A DNA stretch of 64,000 nucleotides from an uncultured virus (IMG/VR IMGVR_UViG_3300044974_000598) (IMGVR_UViG_3300044974_000598), one strand, 5' to 3'. Positions 48,807-58,193 are shown, counted from the stretch's first letter. Numbers and translations are program-made. The notes: generated by a model from the sequence alone, not told the origin.

Positions 48807-50835
48807 CCATTTCGGGTGTGATACTCGTTTGGCACTCAAACATTCTCTCAGTCCCCTTATGATGCGGGCAGAAATTAAAATCTCCCGCATCGAATTTAAT
48901 CTTAGGGTCATTCCAACAATTTGTACATACATTGTTATTGCGGGGTCTGATGCAGTCAAACTCGTGGTCAGCTTCTGTAAAGGCTGAAATCATTACCACC
49001 TTTTTACCAAGCCCAAAGGCTAACCAACTCAAGCCTGATGATAAACCGACCATGTACTCGGAGTGATGGATAACAGACATGGTATTTTCTATGCTTGTAT
49101 CTTCTAATTGGTAGCAGTTTTCAAATGGATTACGTTCTTTGGACGTATTTATGACCTTGTAGCCTATTTCGTGCAAATGGTTAATAACTTTAGCCCAAGC
49201 ACTTTTGGTCCAAAATTTAAGCCCCGCAGTGCTATTTGTGGCGATTGTGACATACTTACCATACTTATTTTCCCCAATATCGTACTTTAAGCGTGGTTTT
49301 AGCTCCACATAATCCAATCCAAGGATATTACTAGCTGATTGTTGCAAGGGAATGGTATTGCAAAGGGTAGGTTCTTTATCCTCATTCCAATGCCATCCCA
49401 AAGTGTACATAGCATAACATCCTATCATTGTCCCCGGCTCTACAAATTCAATCTCTGGATAGTCCAATATCTTATTCCAAAATGTACTGCAAACTACCGT
49501 ACAATTATGCTTGTTTCTAAACTCTTCCACATATGGAATCCACGCCAATGTATCACCCAAACTTTTACTATCAATGGCTATAAACACTTTCTTCCCTTCT
49601 AAGTCCAAGCTGTTATTATAAATTAAGTCTTTGCCCTCGAAAACACGCGTTCTCCATTTTGTGTACCACTGCCTATTTAATCGTACCCAATGGTTTGCTT
49701 TTATAGTATTTTGGTAATATATACTACCTTTTTCGTCTAAAAATTGAACTAAAAAGTCGCTATCACTATTGCCTTTAATCTCCAAAAATGGCGAATTGAC
49801 AAAATGTTGCGATATGGAAACAGCTTGCTTTTTGATTGGTATTTTCATAAGAACCTCATACATTTTTTTATGCTCTAGTGCAAAGTTTCTTGAATTGTTA
49901 CTATTTGGTATTTTATAATCTCTGGTAATGGTATTTAAATTAGAATCTAGGGGCTTTAAATACTTATCTAAGGTTCCTGCATAAGCGGGTAAGTTATTGG
50001 CTACAATAGGCAAACCAACTTCAATAGCATGACGCAAAGACAAAGGAGAACATTCATTGGTAGATGGGAAAATAAATATATCAGCAGCTTGCAACAAAGT
50101 ATCTATATCACTTCTCTCACCAAGAACTTTAAAATTAGATGGTAAATCTTTGATTAATTCTTCCCAATAGAATTGAAAATTACCAGCCAAATTACCAGCT
50201 ACCACAAAATCTATATTAGGATATTTACGAGCAATAGCAATGGTTTCTTTTTGGTTTTTTTGTGGAGTCCATAATCCCACTTGCAAAACTGTCTTTCTAT
50301 CCAAGGCAAACCCTACTTCTTTCTTAGCTTTAATCCTCATATCCTTTGTTACTTTCTTTTCTTCTATTGGATATTGAATTGTAAAGTATAAAGATTCCAT
50401 ATTTTGGTAAACGTCCTCATGAAAAGGAGTGCAAAAAGCATAAAGGTCTGGGTGGTAAATCTTTTCTGCGTCAGGGTTAAATATGTTGTCATGAGGCGTT
50501 TCAACGATATATAATTGTCTATCATTTCTATATAAGGCAGTTGCAAGTTCCTTTGGTAATCTCTCTGCCACATCTTCAATATGAACCACATCAGGCTTAA
50601 TCTCATTGATAATATCCATTACTCGCATTTTGTTCAAACCAGCCTCATAAAATCTATCTCCAAGTATTTTAATTACTTGATTCCTTTGAACCACAAAATC
50701 AGCCCCATGAAAATTAAGCTCAATACAATACATCTCTACATTTTCAGTATGCTTTAATATTTCTTGAATTCTTTTTAAGGCAAATTGGGGCATACCACCC
50801 GTACTCAACGAAGGGCAAAGTAATACTATCTTCAT
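48784..50835 (-). CDS. GT4-type glycosyltransferase fused to an AAH/TibC-like protein O-glycosyltransferase
   Basis: N: LSTGGM...KNQ...DIFIFPSTNECSPLSLRHA; C: SLGDTLAWIPY, VGLSSGLSWLA, VMISAFT, CTNCWND...FD..DF..CPHHKGTERMFEC. Confidence 0.85.
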   Translation of the reverse strand: MKIVLLCPSLSTGGMPQFALKRIQEILKHTENVEMYCIELNFHGADFVVQRNQVIKILGDRFYEAGLNKMRVMDIINEIKPDVVHIEDVAERLPKELATALYRNDRQLYIVETPHDNIFNPDAEKIYHPDLYAFCTPFHEDVYQNMESLYFTIQYPIEEKKVTKDMRIKAKKEVGFALDRKTVLQVGLWTPQKNQKETIAIARKYPNIDFVVAGNLAGNFQFYWEELIKDLPSNFKVLGERSDIDTLLQAADIFIFPSTNECSPLSLRHAIEVGLPIVANNLPAYAGTLDKYLKPLDSNLNTITRDYKIPNSNNSRNFALEHKKMYEVLMKIPIKKQAVSISQHFVNSPFLEIKGNSDSDFLVQFLDEKGSIYYQNTIKANHWVRLNRQWYTKWRTRVFEGKDLIYNNSLDLEGKKVFIAIDSKSLGDTLAWIPYVEEFRNKHNCTVVCSTFWNKILDYPEIEFVEPGTMIGCYAMYTLGWHWNEDKEPTLCNTIPLQQSASNILGLDYVELKPRLKYDIGENKYGKYVTIATNSTAGLKFWTKSAWAKVINHLHEIGYKVINTSKERNPFENCYQLEDTSIENTMSVIHHSEYMVGLSSGLSWLAFGLGKKVVMISAFTEADHEFDCIRPRNNNVCTNCWNDPKIKFDAGDFNFCPHHKGTERMFECQTSITPEMVIQQLPL

Positions 50836-52193
50836 AACTTTAAATATTCTATAAATTCATTAATCTTATTTATATCTTTTTCTCCATGGTAAAAAAGTAA
50901 ATCATCTTTTTGTGCTGGCACTTTAAACCATTCACCCATAAAGTATTCATATCCTTTAAACTCAAGACCCTTGCGTAATCCATTAACATAAACTAATGGC
51001 ATACCTCTATGAAATCTGTACTTCCAGCGCAAAATATTTTGAATGCTCTCCTCATTAAAAGGTGCGTACTTGGCGTTATCTTCTAATATTCTAGGGTGAT
51101 TACACATCCACGCCCATTCATCTAAAAACCATATAGATTTTTGACCACAAACAAAATATCCTGTTTGCCTATAATTTTCTCTTGATTCTTTTTGGTCTAC
51201 ATCAAATAATTTACAAGCTTCATATTCAAGAGTAGTATGCATTTCATCTCTACTAGCGGCACCACCACGACCATTGATAATAAGATAATCATAAATACCA
51301 GCTGTAAAGAACGGATAAATATCTGCGCCATTATAATAATCAAATATTCTATCTACATAAGGACTAGCTACACTATCTGTGTCCACATAAGCCACCACAT
51401 CAGCATATTTCAAAGCATCTTTTACAATCTTAGGTCTTTCAATTAATAGTTTATATATCTGCTTATCTTCTCTAACTATGTAGTCATTACGCTTGTTTAA
51501 ATGCTTTACATCACAATCCCATCTTTTGGTAATGGTATTTTCTACTAATACCTTATTGTACGAGTTAAGCATATAAACATAAATAGGATAAGTGCTAAAA
51601 TTTCTAATGGAACGACAACAAGCATCCACAAGGTCATAATAGGAATCATCAGCATAAAGGACGTAAGCTTTCTCATGTTTTTGTTTTTTATTTGTGTAAT
51701 AACCATAAAAATTATTGCCATAAAGCAGTTCTAAATCAGGGTATCTTTCTAGCATTATTTCAGGCGTAAGGTCAGGCTGTAAGTGGGTTTCATGGACATT
51801 GCCTTCATACTCACCTTGTTCCATAACATAAGGCACAGCTACAAGATATTGTTTACCTTTTATCTTTAAAAAATTCATGAGCCATTGGGCATCTTCCACA
51901 GACAGATGTTCCAAAACATCACCCAATATATAAAAATCATAGGCTCCAAGTACATCAAGGGGAATTTTAAGGACATTCTCTTCATAAACCCACCCATACT
52001 TATTCTTTAACCCATATTGGTTTATGTATGGCTCCCATATTTCTACCGCATCCATTTTATAACCATAACCACGAATCAAATCACTATAAGTACCACATCC
52101 TGCTCCTATATCTAATATAGTAGTATCTAAGGGGATATTTTGCAAAAACCAATTTCGGACAGAATCTTTATAGAGAGGGTAGCTTGTAGGCAT
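50832..52193 (-). CDS. SAM-dependent methyltransferase fused to a GT-A glycosyltransferase
   Basis: ILDIGAGCG, GDVLEHL; C-terminal VAYVDTDSV (DxD), NEES, FYHGEK. Confidence 0.8.
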   Translation of the reverse strand: MPTSYPLYKDSVRNWFLQNIPLDTTILDIGAGCGTYSDLIRGYGYKMDAVEIWEPYINQYGLKNKYGWVYEENVLKIPLDVLGAYDFYILGDVLEHLSVEDAQWLMNFLKIKGKQYLVAVPYVMEQGEYEGNVHETHLQPDLTPEIMLERYPDLELLYGNNFYGYYTNKKQKHEKAYVLYADDSYYDLVDACCRSIRNFSTYPIYVYMLNSYNKVLVENTITKRWDCDVKHLNKRNDYIVREDKQIYKLLIERPKIVKDALKYADVVAYVDTDSVASPYVDRIFDYYNGADIYPFFTAGIYDYLIINGRGGAASRDEMHTTLEYEACKLFDVDQKESRENYRQTGYFVCGQKSIWFLDEWAWMCNHPRILEDNAKYAPFNEESIQNILRWKYRFHRGMPLVYVNGLRKGLEFKGYEYFMGEWFKVPAQKDDLLFYHGEKDINKINEFIEYLKL

Positions 52194-52205
52194 AGTTTAT
52201 TTGTT

Positions 52206-52442
52206 TTAGTTATAAGTTTTGTTGTAGTATTCTAATGGTTCATATTTATCTTCTGTCCATCCTGCATCACCATGCCCTTGTTGATATGCATTTAATATCT
52301 GCTCTTTTTCTTTTTCAAGTGCTTCTAATGCCATATTCGTTGCTGCAAATAATGCAGATGACATTACCAAATTATTTTCATTATCTAATTGTTTTTGAAT
52401 TTTATCTAATCTTTCAATTAGTTCTTGCATTGCTGTTTTCAT
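52206..52442 (-). CDS. small phage protein, MKTA-EKEQI family
   Basis: MKTAMQELIE...EKEKEQI..AY..G...YYNKTYN. Confidence 0.7.
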   Translation of the reverse strand: MKTAMQELIERLDKIQKQLDNENNLVMSSALFAATNMALEALEKEKEQILNAYQQGHGDAGWTEDKYEPLEYYNKTYN

Positions 52443-52445
52443 AAG

Positions 52446-52760
52446 TTATTTGTTTTGGTTATTTTTATTCATTTTATTCCATATAAAATCTTCCATTAAT
52501 TCTTTTTGCTTTTTAAGATATTCTTCACTTGGTTGATATTCTTTTTTAGGCTCTTGGTTATAGGTTTGGTTGTAGTATTGTGTCCAATGTCCACCACCTA
52601 ACATTGATGATGTACTACCATTTCTAAAAGCATCTGCTATCTGCTCTTTTTCTTTTTCAATATATAATTGTAATACTTTAATTATATCATCTTTAGTATA
52701 ACTATAAAATGGATGATTATTTTTATAAAATTCAATTAATTCTTGTACTGCTGTTTTCAT
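52446..52760 (-). CDS. small phage protein, paralog of 52206-52442
   Basis: MKTAVQELIE...EKEKEQI..AF..G...YYNQTYN. Confidence 0.7.
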   Translation of the reverse strand: MKTAVQELIEFYKNNHPFYSYTKDDIIKVLQLYIEKEKEQIADAFRNGSTSSMLGGGHWTQYYNQTYNQEPKKEYQPSEEYLKKQKELMEDFIWNKMNKNNQNK

Positions 52761-52782
52761 AGGTTATTTGTTTTGGTTACCA

Positions 52783-52840
52783 CAAAGCTATGGAATTAAT
52801 TTAATTAAATTAATGATTAATGGTAAAAATCTTATCTTTA
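52783..52840. promoter_or_regulatory. divergent promoters inside the glycosyltransferase island
   Basis: Minus TAGCTTTG (52783-52790) and plus TATCTTTA (52833-52840) with TTAATTAA-rich spacer; another TAACTTTG at 53242-53249. Confidence 0.6.
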
Positions 52841-52844
52841 GCCC

Positions 52845-53222
52845 ATGAAAATAGAAGTCAGCATCGGTGAAGTGGTGGACAAATATACCATCCTAACCAT
52901 AAAAAAGCTTTTAATACACGATACAGAAAAGCTTATAAACATAGATAAAGAGTGGAAAATGGTAAAAAACGCCCTCCACAAGAAACACTCAGTCATTTTA
53001 ATAGACCCCCTAGTCCAAGAGCTTTATTCCATAAACAAAAAACTATGGGCAGTAGAAGATAGCTTAAGGGACTATGAACACAAAAAAGACTTTGGAGAGA
53101 AGTTCGTAGAACTAGCTAGAGAGGTTTACCAATTAAACGATGTCAGAGCCATCATCAAAAAACAAATCAATACAAAATACGGCTCAGAACTAACCGAAGA
53201 AAAATCTTATAAAGAATATTAG
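52845..53222 (+). CDS. DUF6165-like protein
   Basis: IEVSIGEVVDKYTILTIK...INKKLWAVED.LR...FVELAR.VY..ND.RA.IK..IN...EEKSY. Confidence 0.8.
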   Translation: MKIEVSIGEVVDKYTILTIKKLLIHDTEKLINIDKEWKMVKNALHKKHSVILIDPLVQELYSINKKLWAVEDSLRDYEHKKDFGEKFVELAREVYQLNDVRAIIKKQINTKYGSELTEEKSYKEY

Positions 53223-53260
53223 GTTTATTAATTTAATTAAATAACTTTGCTAAAAAAAGT

Positions 53261-54223
53261 ATGAACCTTAGATTCGTATCAGCATCTCCGGCTATAAAAT
53301 ATTACGCATGGCAAGTTGAGGTGCTTCTTAGCAATTTTATTGAGATGGGCATCAATTTAAACCAAGTAGACATCGTTTGTTGGAAGCAAACCGAAGAAGT
53401 ACCCGAAGAATGGCAAAAGCTAGCTAATGGCTATCCTGCTAGATTCTTTTTTTATGATGACACTAGAGAAACTAGACATTACATTTCTTCCATCCGTCCC
53501 AACATCTTAAAGCAACACTTTACAAATTATCCAGAACTAGAGAAAGAAGCCATACTTTATCATGACTGCGATATCGTATTTACCAAACCAATAAATTGGG
53601 AACAATATCTTCAAGATAATAAATGGTACGGAAGTGATTGCAGATGGTACATAGGCCACGACTACATAATTTCCAAAGGAGAAGACATATTAGATAAAAT
53701 GTGCGAAATAGTAGACATAGACAAGCAATTAGTAAAAGATAACGAACTAAATGCAATAGGCGCTCAATACTTAATGAAAGGAATCAACGCTCAATTTTGG
53801 GCTAATGTAGAAAAAGATTGCGAGAGATTATTCAAAGAAATTACTGATTTAAATAACGAAAAAATTGAATTAGATAGACATACAATGCCTGAAGGTGAAG
53901 CTAGACAACCTTATCATCCTTTACAAATATGGTGTAGTGATATGTGGGCCGTTTTATGGAATGGCTGGAAACTAGGATACGAAACTATTTGCCATCCCGA
54001 TTTAGAATTTGCATGGGCAACAAGTACAGAAGCTGATTGGGATAGATTAAATATCTTCCACAACGCTGGGGTCACAGATGCAGCAGGTGGATTATTTTAC
54101 AAAGCAATTTATATGAATGAACTTCCTTATAATAAAAACCTAGAAATAAAAGACGGAACTGCATCTAAAAAATATTATGAAATTATTCAAAAACTAGAAA
54201 AAAAGTCTGTGTTATGTCATTAG
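53261..54223 (+). CDS. GT-A glycosyltransferase resembling GT95/GT96 peptide O-glycosyltransferases
   Basis: YYAWQ, HYISSIRP, ILYHDCDIVFTKP, WCSDMWA, IFHNAG in the order seen in HPAT/SERGT enzymes. Confidence 0.65.
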   Translation: MNLRFVSASPAIKYYAWQVEVLLSNFIEMGINLNQVDIVCWKQTEEVPEEWQKLANGYPARFFFYDDTRETRHYISSIRPNILKQHFTNYPELEKEAILYHDCDIVFTKPINWEQYLQDNKWYGSDCRWYIGHDYIISKGEDILDKMCEIVDIDKQLVKDNELNAIGAQYLMKGINAQFWANVEKDCERLFKEITDLNNEKIELDRHTMPEGEARQPYHPLQIWCSDMWAVLWNGWKLGYETICHPDLEFAWATSTEADWDRLNIFHNAGVTDAAGGLFYKAIYMNELPYNKNLEIKDGTASKKYYEIIQKLEKKSVLCH

Positions 54224-55665
54224 TAAATGAATTATACAATAATGGCGATGTTGTTATTAATATAAAAGGTAATCAGTTTGGCGGCTTGTTAAAAATGGGT
54301 GATTTAATCGCAACATTAAATGTATTGGCATATATAAGAAAAGTTAATAATAACCCAAGTATAAAATTTTATATTCCTGATACAGCTTTGCAAAATGATA
54401 AAGATTATGTAAGAATATTTAGAGATTTTGTAATGGAAAATTCGGATTATATTTCCAAAAGTATTGGCAATTATGACTTTGCAGGGTTTGTTGAAATTTG
54501 GAGTTTTAGAGAAAATCATTTTGATTTAATTGAGATGTCTTCAAATTATAATTTAAAGAAAAAAATATGTATATTCCCATTAATAGATGCTCATTATAAT
54601 ACAGAAAGAAATTTCTCTAACGAACTTTTACAAGATATTATTAATGATTATTCAATCAAAAAATTTAATGATTATGAAAAATATATTTGTATAAAAGATT
54701 ATTTACCGGAAAATATTTCAATAAATGGGTTTAAAATATCAAATGATTTTAAAAATAATTTACAGCATTTAGCGGATTGCGAATACTACATAGGCGGTGA
54801 TACAGGAACATCTCATTTAGTTGGGGCAATGAATAATGATTCAAATAAAAAACTTATATTTTATTATTGTTATGGATATCATGGAGGCTGGGTAAGTAGT
54901 TTTACAGCACCATTTCATTATAATAAAGAAAATGTTAAGATGATTTATTTTAATGAAAAAATAAGAACGCATGTCAATAAAAATGATTTAGCTATACTTG
55001 AAAATTTAATAATGCATAATCCAGTAAATCCTAAAACTAGATTAGGCAATAAGATGGATGGTGGCTATGTTATTATTGATGGGTATGATTACGACTTTAT
55101 AATATCAGGAGGAGTTGGGCCAGATATTTCTTTTGAATTTGATTTTATGAAAAAATATAATATAAATGGTGTAATATTTGATTCAGAAAATTATAATCAT
55201 ATTTGCTTTCCAAATAAAATGATTTATATTAATAAAAATATTGATAGTGAAAATAATTTATTAGAATATGTACAAAATTACAAAAATATATTTTTAAAAT
55301 TAGACATAGAAGGAGGAGAGTGGAATCTACTAAGTTCTGAATTTGTAAACTATTTAAATAATATAAAACAAATTGTTATTGAAGTGCATAATATATTTAC
55401 CAATCCAGCAGCATTGGAAGGCCTTAAAAATTTAAGTAAAACACACCATATTGTTCATGTTCATGAAAATAATAATTGCCATAGTTTTATACAAATTGGC
55501 GAAAATAATTATCCATATACTATAGAATTAACTTATTTAAGAAAAGATTGTCGAGTAGTCGGATTAAACCATATTTCTTTACCAATAGAAGGTATAGACT
55601 TTCCTAATGCAAATTATGAAAACCATGACCTTAATTTTTATCCATTTAATATAAAAAACAATTAA
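54214..55665 (+). CDS. GT9-like glycosyltransferase fused to an FkbM-type methyltransferase
   Basis: MGDLIA...YYIGGDTGTSHL; RLGNKMDGGYV...SGGVG..ISFE...FLKLDIEGGEW...QIVIEVH. Confidence 0.8.
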   Translation: MSLVNELYNNGDVVINIKGNQFGGLLKMGDLIATLNVLAYIRKVNNNPSIKFYIPDTALQNDKDYVRIFRDFVMENSDYISKSIGNYDFAGFVEIWSFRENHFDLIEMSSNYNLKKKICIFPLIDAHYNTERNFSNELLQDIINDYSIKKFNDYEKYICIKDYLPENISINGFKISNDFKNNLQHLADCEYYIGGDTGTSHLVGAMNNDSNKKLIFYYCYGYHGGWVSSFTAPFHYNKENVKMIYFNEKIRTHVNKNDLAILENLIMHNPVNPKTRLGNKMDGGYVIIDGYDYDFIISGGVGPDISFEFDFMKKYNINGVIFDSENYNHICFPNKMIYINKNIDSENNLLEYVQNYKNIFLKLDIEGGEWNLLSSEFVNYLNNIKQIVIEVHNIFTNPAALEGLKNLSKTHHIVHVHENNNCHSFIQIGENNYPYTIELTYLRKDCRVVGLNHISLPIEGIDFPNANYENHDLNFYPFNIKNN

Positions 55666-56456
55666 TGAAAAAAGTAAGTTTTGTTTGTACTAGCTATAGA
55701 AGGTATTATTGCGTGAGAAGAATATTATCGCAGTTTTATGCTCAGACATATCCAAATAAGGAGTTAATAATATTTAATACTGACAAGGAAAATCCGTATG
55801 AATTAGCTATTCAAGACCCAGCAGTAATTATAATTAACAATGGAATAGACTATCTAACTGGTAATCCATACGAGAATCGAGGGCAAATATGTAGAGATGC
55901 AGTTACTCATGCAACGGGCGATTATTTTATGCTAGCTGATGATGATGATATTTACCTTCCATGGCATTTAGAACAAGCAGTAGATGGTATAGAGGCTAAT
56001 GGTAAAGATGCGTGGAAACCAGAGATGAGCTTTTTTGCCACACCAGAAAGGCTTGAATTGGTAATGAATACAATGGAAGCTAGTGTTATTGTTAAAATGG
56101 ATAGAATAAGGGAGATAGGATTTAGAGTGGATAAAACCGGATTTGAAGGTTTAAGTTGGTACACTAAGCTAAGAGATGAAGGTCAGTTAGATGAGCATAA
56201 TAAAGATTATTTACCATCATATTGCTTTAACTGGGGCGACCCATCAGAAGTAGCAGGTCATAAACAAAGTGGTGATATAGATAACCCAAATAATTTTGAA
56301 AATCATAAAAAAGCATCGGGCGATATTCCAACAGAATCATTAAAACCAATAACATCAAAAGAATTAGAAGATACTTATGATAAATATTACAAGTACATTA
56401 ATATAAATGCTTTCAAATTTAATGAAAACTACTACAAAAAATACTTTAAAAAATGA
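55665..56456 (+). CDS. GT2 glycosyltransferase
   Basis: VSFVCTSYRR...QTYPNKELII...ATGDYFMLADDDDIYLP. Confidence 0.88.
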   Translation: MKKVSFVCTSYRRYYCVRRILSQFYAQTYPNKELIIFNTDKENPYELAIQDPAVIIINNGIDYLTGNPYENRGQICRDAVTHATGDYFMLADDDDIYLPWHLEQAVDGIEANGKDAWKPEMSFFATPERLELVMNTMEASVIVKMDRIREIGFRVDKTGFEGLSWYTKLRDEGQLDEHNKDYLPSYCFNWGDPSEVAGHKQSGDIDNPNNFENHKKASGDIPTESLKPITSKELEDTYDKYYKYININAFKFNENYYKKYFKK

Positions 56457-56671
56457 ATAAAGTAAAAGAAATTCTGCTGTCTTATATGACTGCCATGAAC
56501 CCAACAGAAGAGCAAAAAGAAGTGGCTGAAAAAAGACTTGAAATCTGTATTAATTGCGAACATTGGGTGCAAAATCCAGAAAGATGTTCATTGTGCGGAT
56601 GTTTGACACGAGGTAAGATTTTTAGCCCTAGAGGAGCCGATGCATGCCCTGCTCAAAAGTGGACTGAATAA
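56453..56671 (+). CDS. small Cys-rich protein, DUF6171-like
   Basis: RLEICINC...CSLCGC...ACPAQKW. Confidence 0.7.
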   Translation: MNKVKEILLSYMTAMNPTEEQKEVAEKRLEICINCEHWVQNPERCSLCGCLTRGKIFSPRGADACPAQKWTE

Positions 56672-56730
56672 AAAAATAGATAATTGAAGTAAATTTATTT
56701 AATTATTGGTATATTTGGTAAAAATTTGAC

Positions 56731-56910
56731 ATGGGAAATAACACATTAGCTGACATATCTGCATCTGTAAGTTTATTAAGTGCTGCTGTATCTATAACTG
56801 CAATTCAACCATATGTTAGCTTACTTGCTAGTATAATTGGTATTTGTTCTGGTTCGGTAGCATTGAGATATTATTATTTCAAACATAAAGAAAAGCGTGG
56901 CAATAGTTAA
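56731..56910 (+). CDS. small membrane protein, holin-like (59 aa, not in ORF track)
   Basis: Two hydrophobic segments and a basic tail; TATATTTG box at 56710-56717. Confidence 0.55.
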   Translation: MGNNTLADISASVSLLSAAVSITAIQPYVSLLASIIGICSGSVALRYYYFKHKEKRGNS

Positions 56911-57448
56911 AAACATATTAATCTTAGCACTTATAGTTGTGGTGCTATTTTTTGTTTTAGCCCCTAATAATGGAGGAGGTGGTACCAAAGTTATCACCAA
57001 GATAGACACAATAATAAAGCACGATACAATAAAAAAATATAAGAAAGGGAATGACATCCCTTTTGTCGTTTTAGATACTCTCTACCAAATTGACGAAGTA
57101 CATGATACTACTTATATCGTCAATGACTACAATAAAATCAAGGCTTATTCGGATACTTTACAGATAAATGCGGATAACAGCGTATATATTCAAGATACTA
57201 TTACACAAAATAGAATCATAGGAAGGTCATATGTAGCCAATCTTTCCGAAAAAACCATCACAATTACCAAGGACATCTACCACAAGCCTAAGAATGAGCT
57301 TTTTATAGGGCTTATAGGTGATATTAGACGTTTTGATAATAAGATAGGTGCAGGAGTTGGTTTAAATTACAAGAAGCAAAAAGAGGCTTATACTATCATT
57401 TTTACCACTAACCAAATAAGTTTAGGCTTATATAAAAAATTATTTTAA
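56897..57448 (+). CDS. N-terminally anchored lysis-region protein (spanin-like?)
   Basis: N-terminal TM segment, DT-rich middle, C-terminal beta strands ending in F. Confidence 0.5.
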   Translation: MAIVKNILILALIVVVLFFVLAPNNGGGGTKVITKIDTIIKHDTIKKYKKGNDIPFVVLDTLYQIDEVHDTTYIVNDYNKIKAYSDTLQINADNSVYIQDTITQNRIIGRSYVANLSEKTITITKDIYHKPKNELFIGLIGDIRRFDNKIGAGVGLNYKKQKEAYTIIFTTNQISLGLYKKLF

Positions 57449-57751
57449 ATGGCTACAAGTAAAAAAGTAAACATAGGAGCTAATCCTTTACCAATATCAT
57501 TCAAGGACTTTGCCAAAAATCCCGTAGTGGGAACTTTGTTCATTGTCCTAATAGCTATCGGGTATTTATATGTAGATATCAGAAGCACATTCCAAACACA
57601 AGCCAAGTCCCAAGATGTTAGAATTGAAAAGGTAGAAAATAGACTAGATTTAGTACAAGAAGCTTTAAGAAGAAGCGACTCGGCTAAAGCTGTATCTACT
57701 ACTCAATTAAGAACATTGCAAGAATTAGGCGCAATTAAATCCATCAAATAA
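57449..57751 (+). CDS. single-TM coiled-coil protein (holin/spanin-like)
   Basis: TM LFIVLIAIGYLYV followed by a coiled coil. Confidence 0.55.
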   Translation: MATSKKVNIGANPLPISFKDFAKNPVVGTLFIVLIAIGYLYVDIRSTFQTQAKSQDVRIEKVENRLDLVQEALRRSDSAKAVSTTQLRTLQELGAIKSIK

Positions 57752-57870
57752 TGAAAGAATTTCTTTACGATTATGGGTTTCATATTCAATTATTATTAGT
57801 TGGTATGTGTTGGGCATTTATGGGGATGTATGTATATGAAAGAATAAAAGAGAAAAAAAATAAAAAGTGA
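57751..57870 (+). CDS. 39-aa single-TM peptide (not in ORF track)
   Basis: MKEFLYDYGFHIQLLLVGMCWAFMGMYVYERIKEKKNKK; coupled at both ends. Confidence 0.5.
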   Translation: MKEFLYDYGFHIQLLLVGMCWAFMGMYVYERIKEKKNKK

Positions 57871-58193
57871 GATATTTTTTATTAATATTTTTGTTTGGAT
57901 GTCAAGCTACTGCACAGAACGAAAGTGAAACTGCAAAAAAAGATAGGGAATTTCAAGACCTACTTTTAAAGGTAGAGCAAAACACACAAGCAAGTGCTAA
58001 AGTTCAAAAAGATGCTAGTAAAAAACAATCACAAATAGTAACGGAAGCCGTTAATACGATAATAACATTAAAAGAAGAAAACAAAGATTTAAAAACAGAA
58101 TTAAATGAAGTTAAAGTTAAGCTTGATAGCGTTAATGCTGATACTATCATTCCATTTGTCTTACTCCCAATACCCCGTAAAAAGGTTATATAG
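57867..58193 (+). CDS. lipoprotein with coiled coil (spanin candidate)
   Basis: Signal peptide with LFGC lipobox. Confidence 0.55.
   Translation: MRYFLLIFLFGCQATAQNESETAKKDREFQDLLLKVEQNTQASAKVQKDASKKQSQIVTEAVNTIITLKEENKDLKTELNEVKVKLDSVNADTIIPFVLLPIPRKKVI

Larger units (their letters stand above)
52191..52778 (-). repeat. 21-bp direct repeat in front of three consecutive genes
   Basis: AACTAAAACAAATAAACTATG (52191-52211), AACCAAAACAAATAACTTATG (52440-52460), AACCAAAACAAATAACCTATG (52758-52778). Confidence 0.8.
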
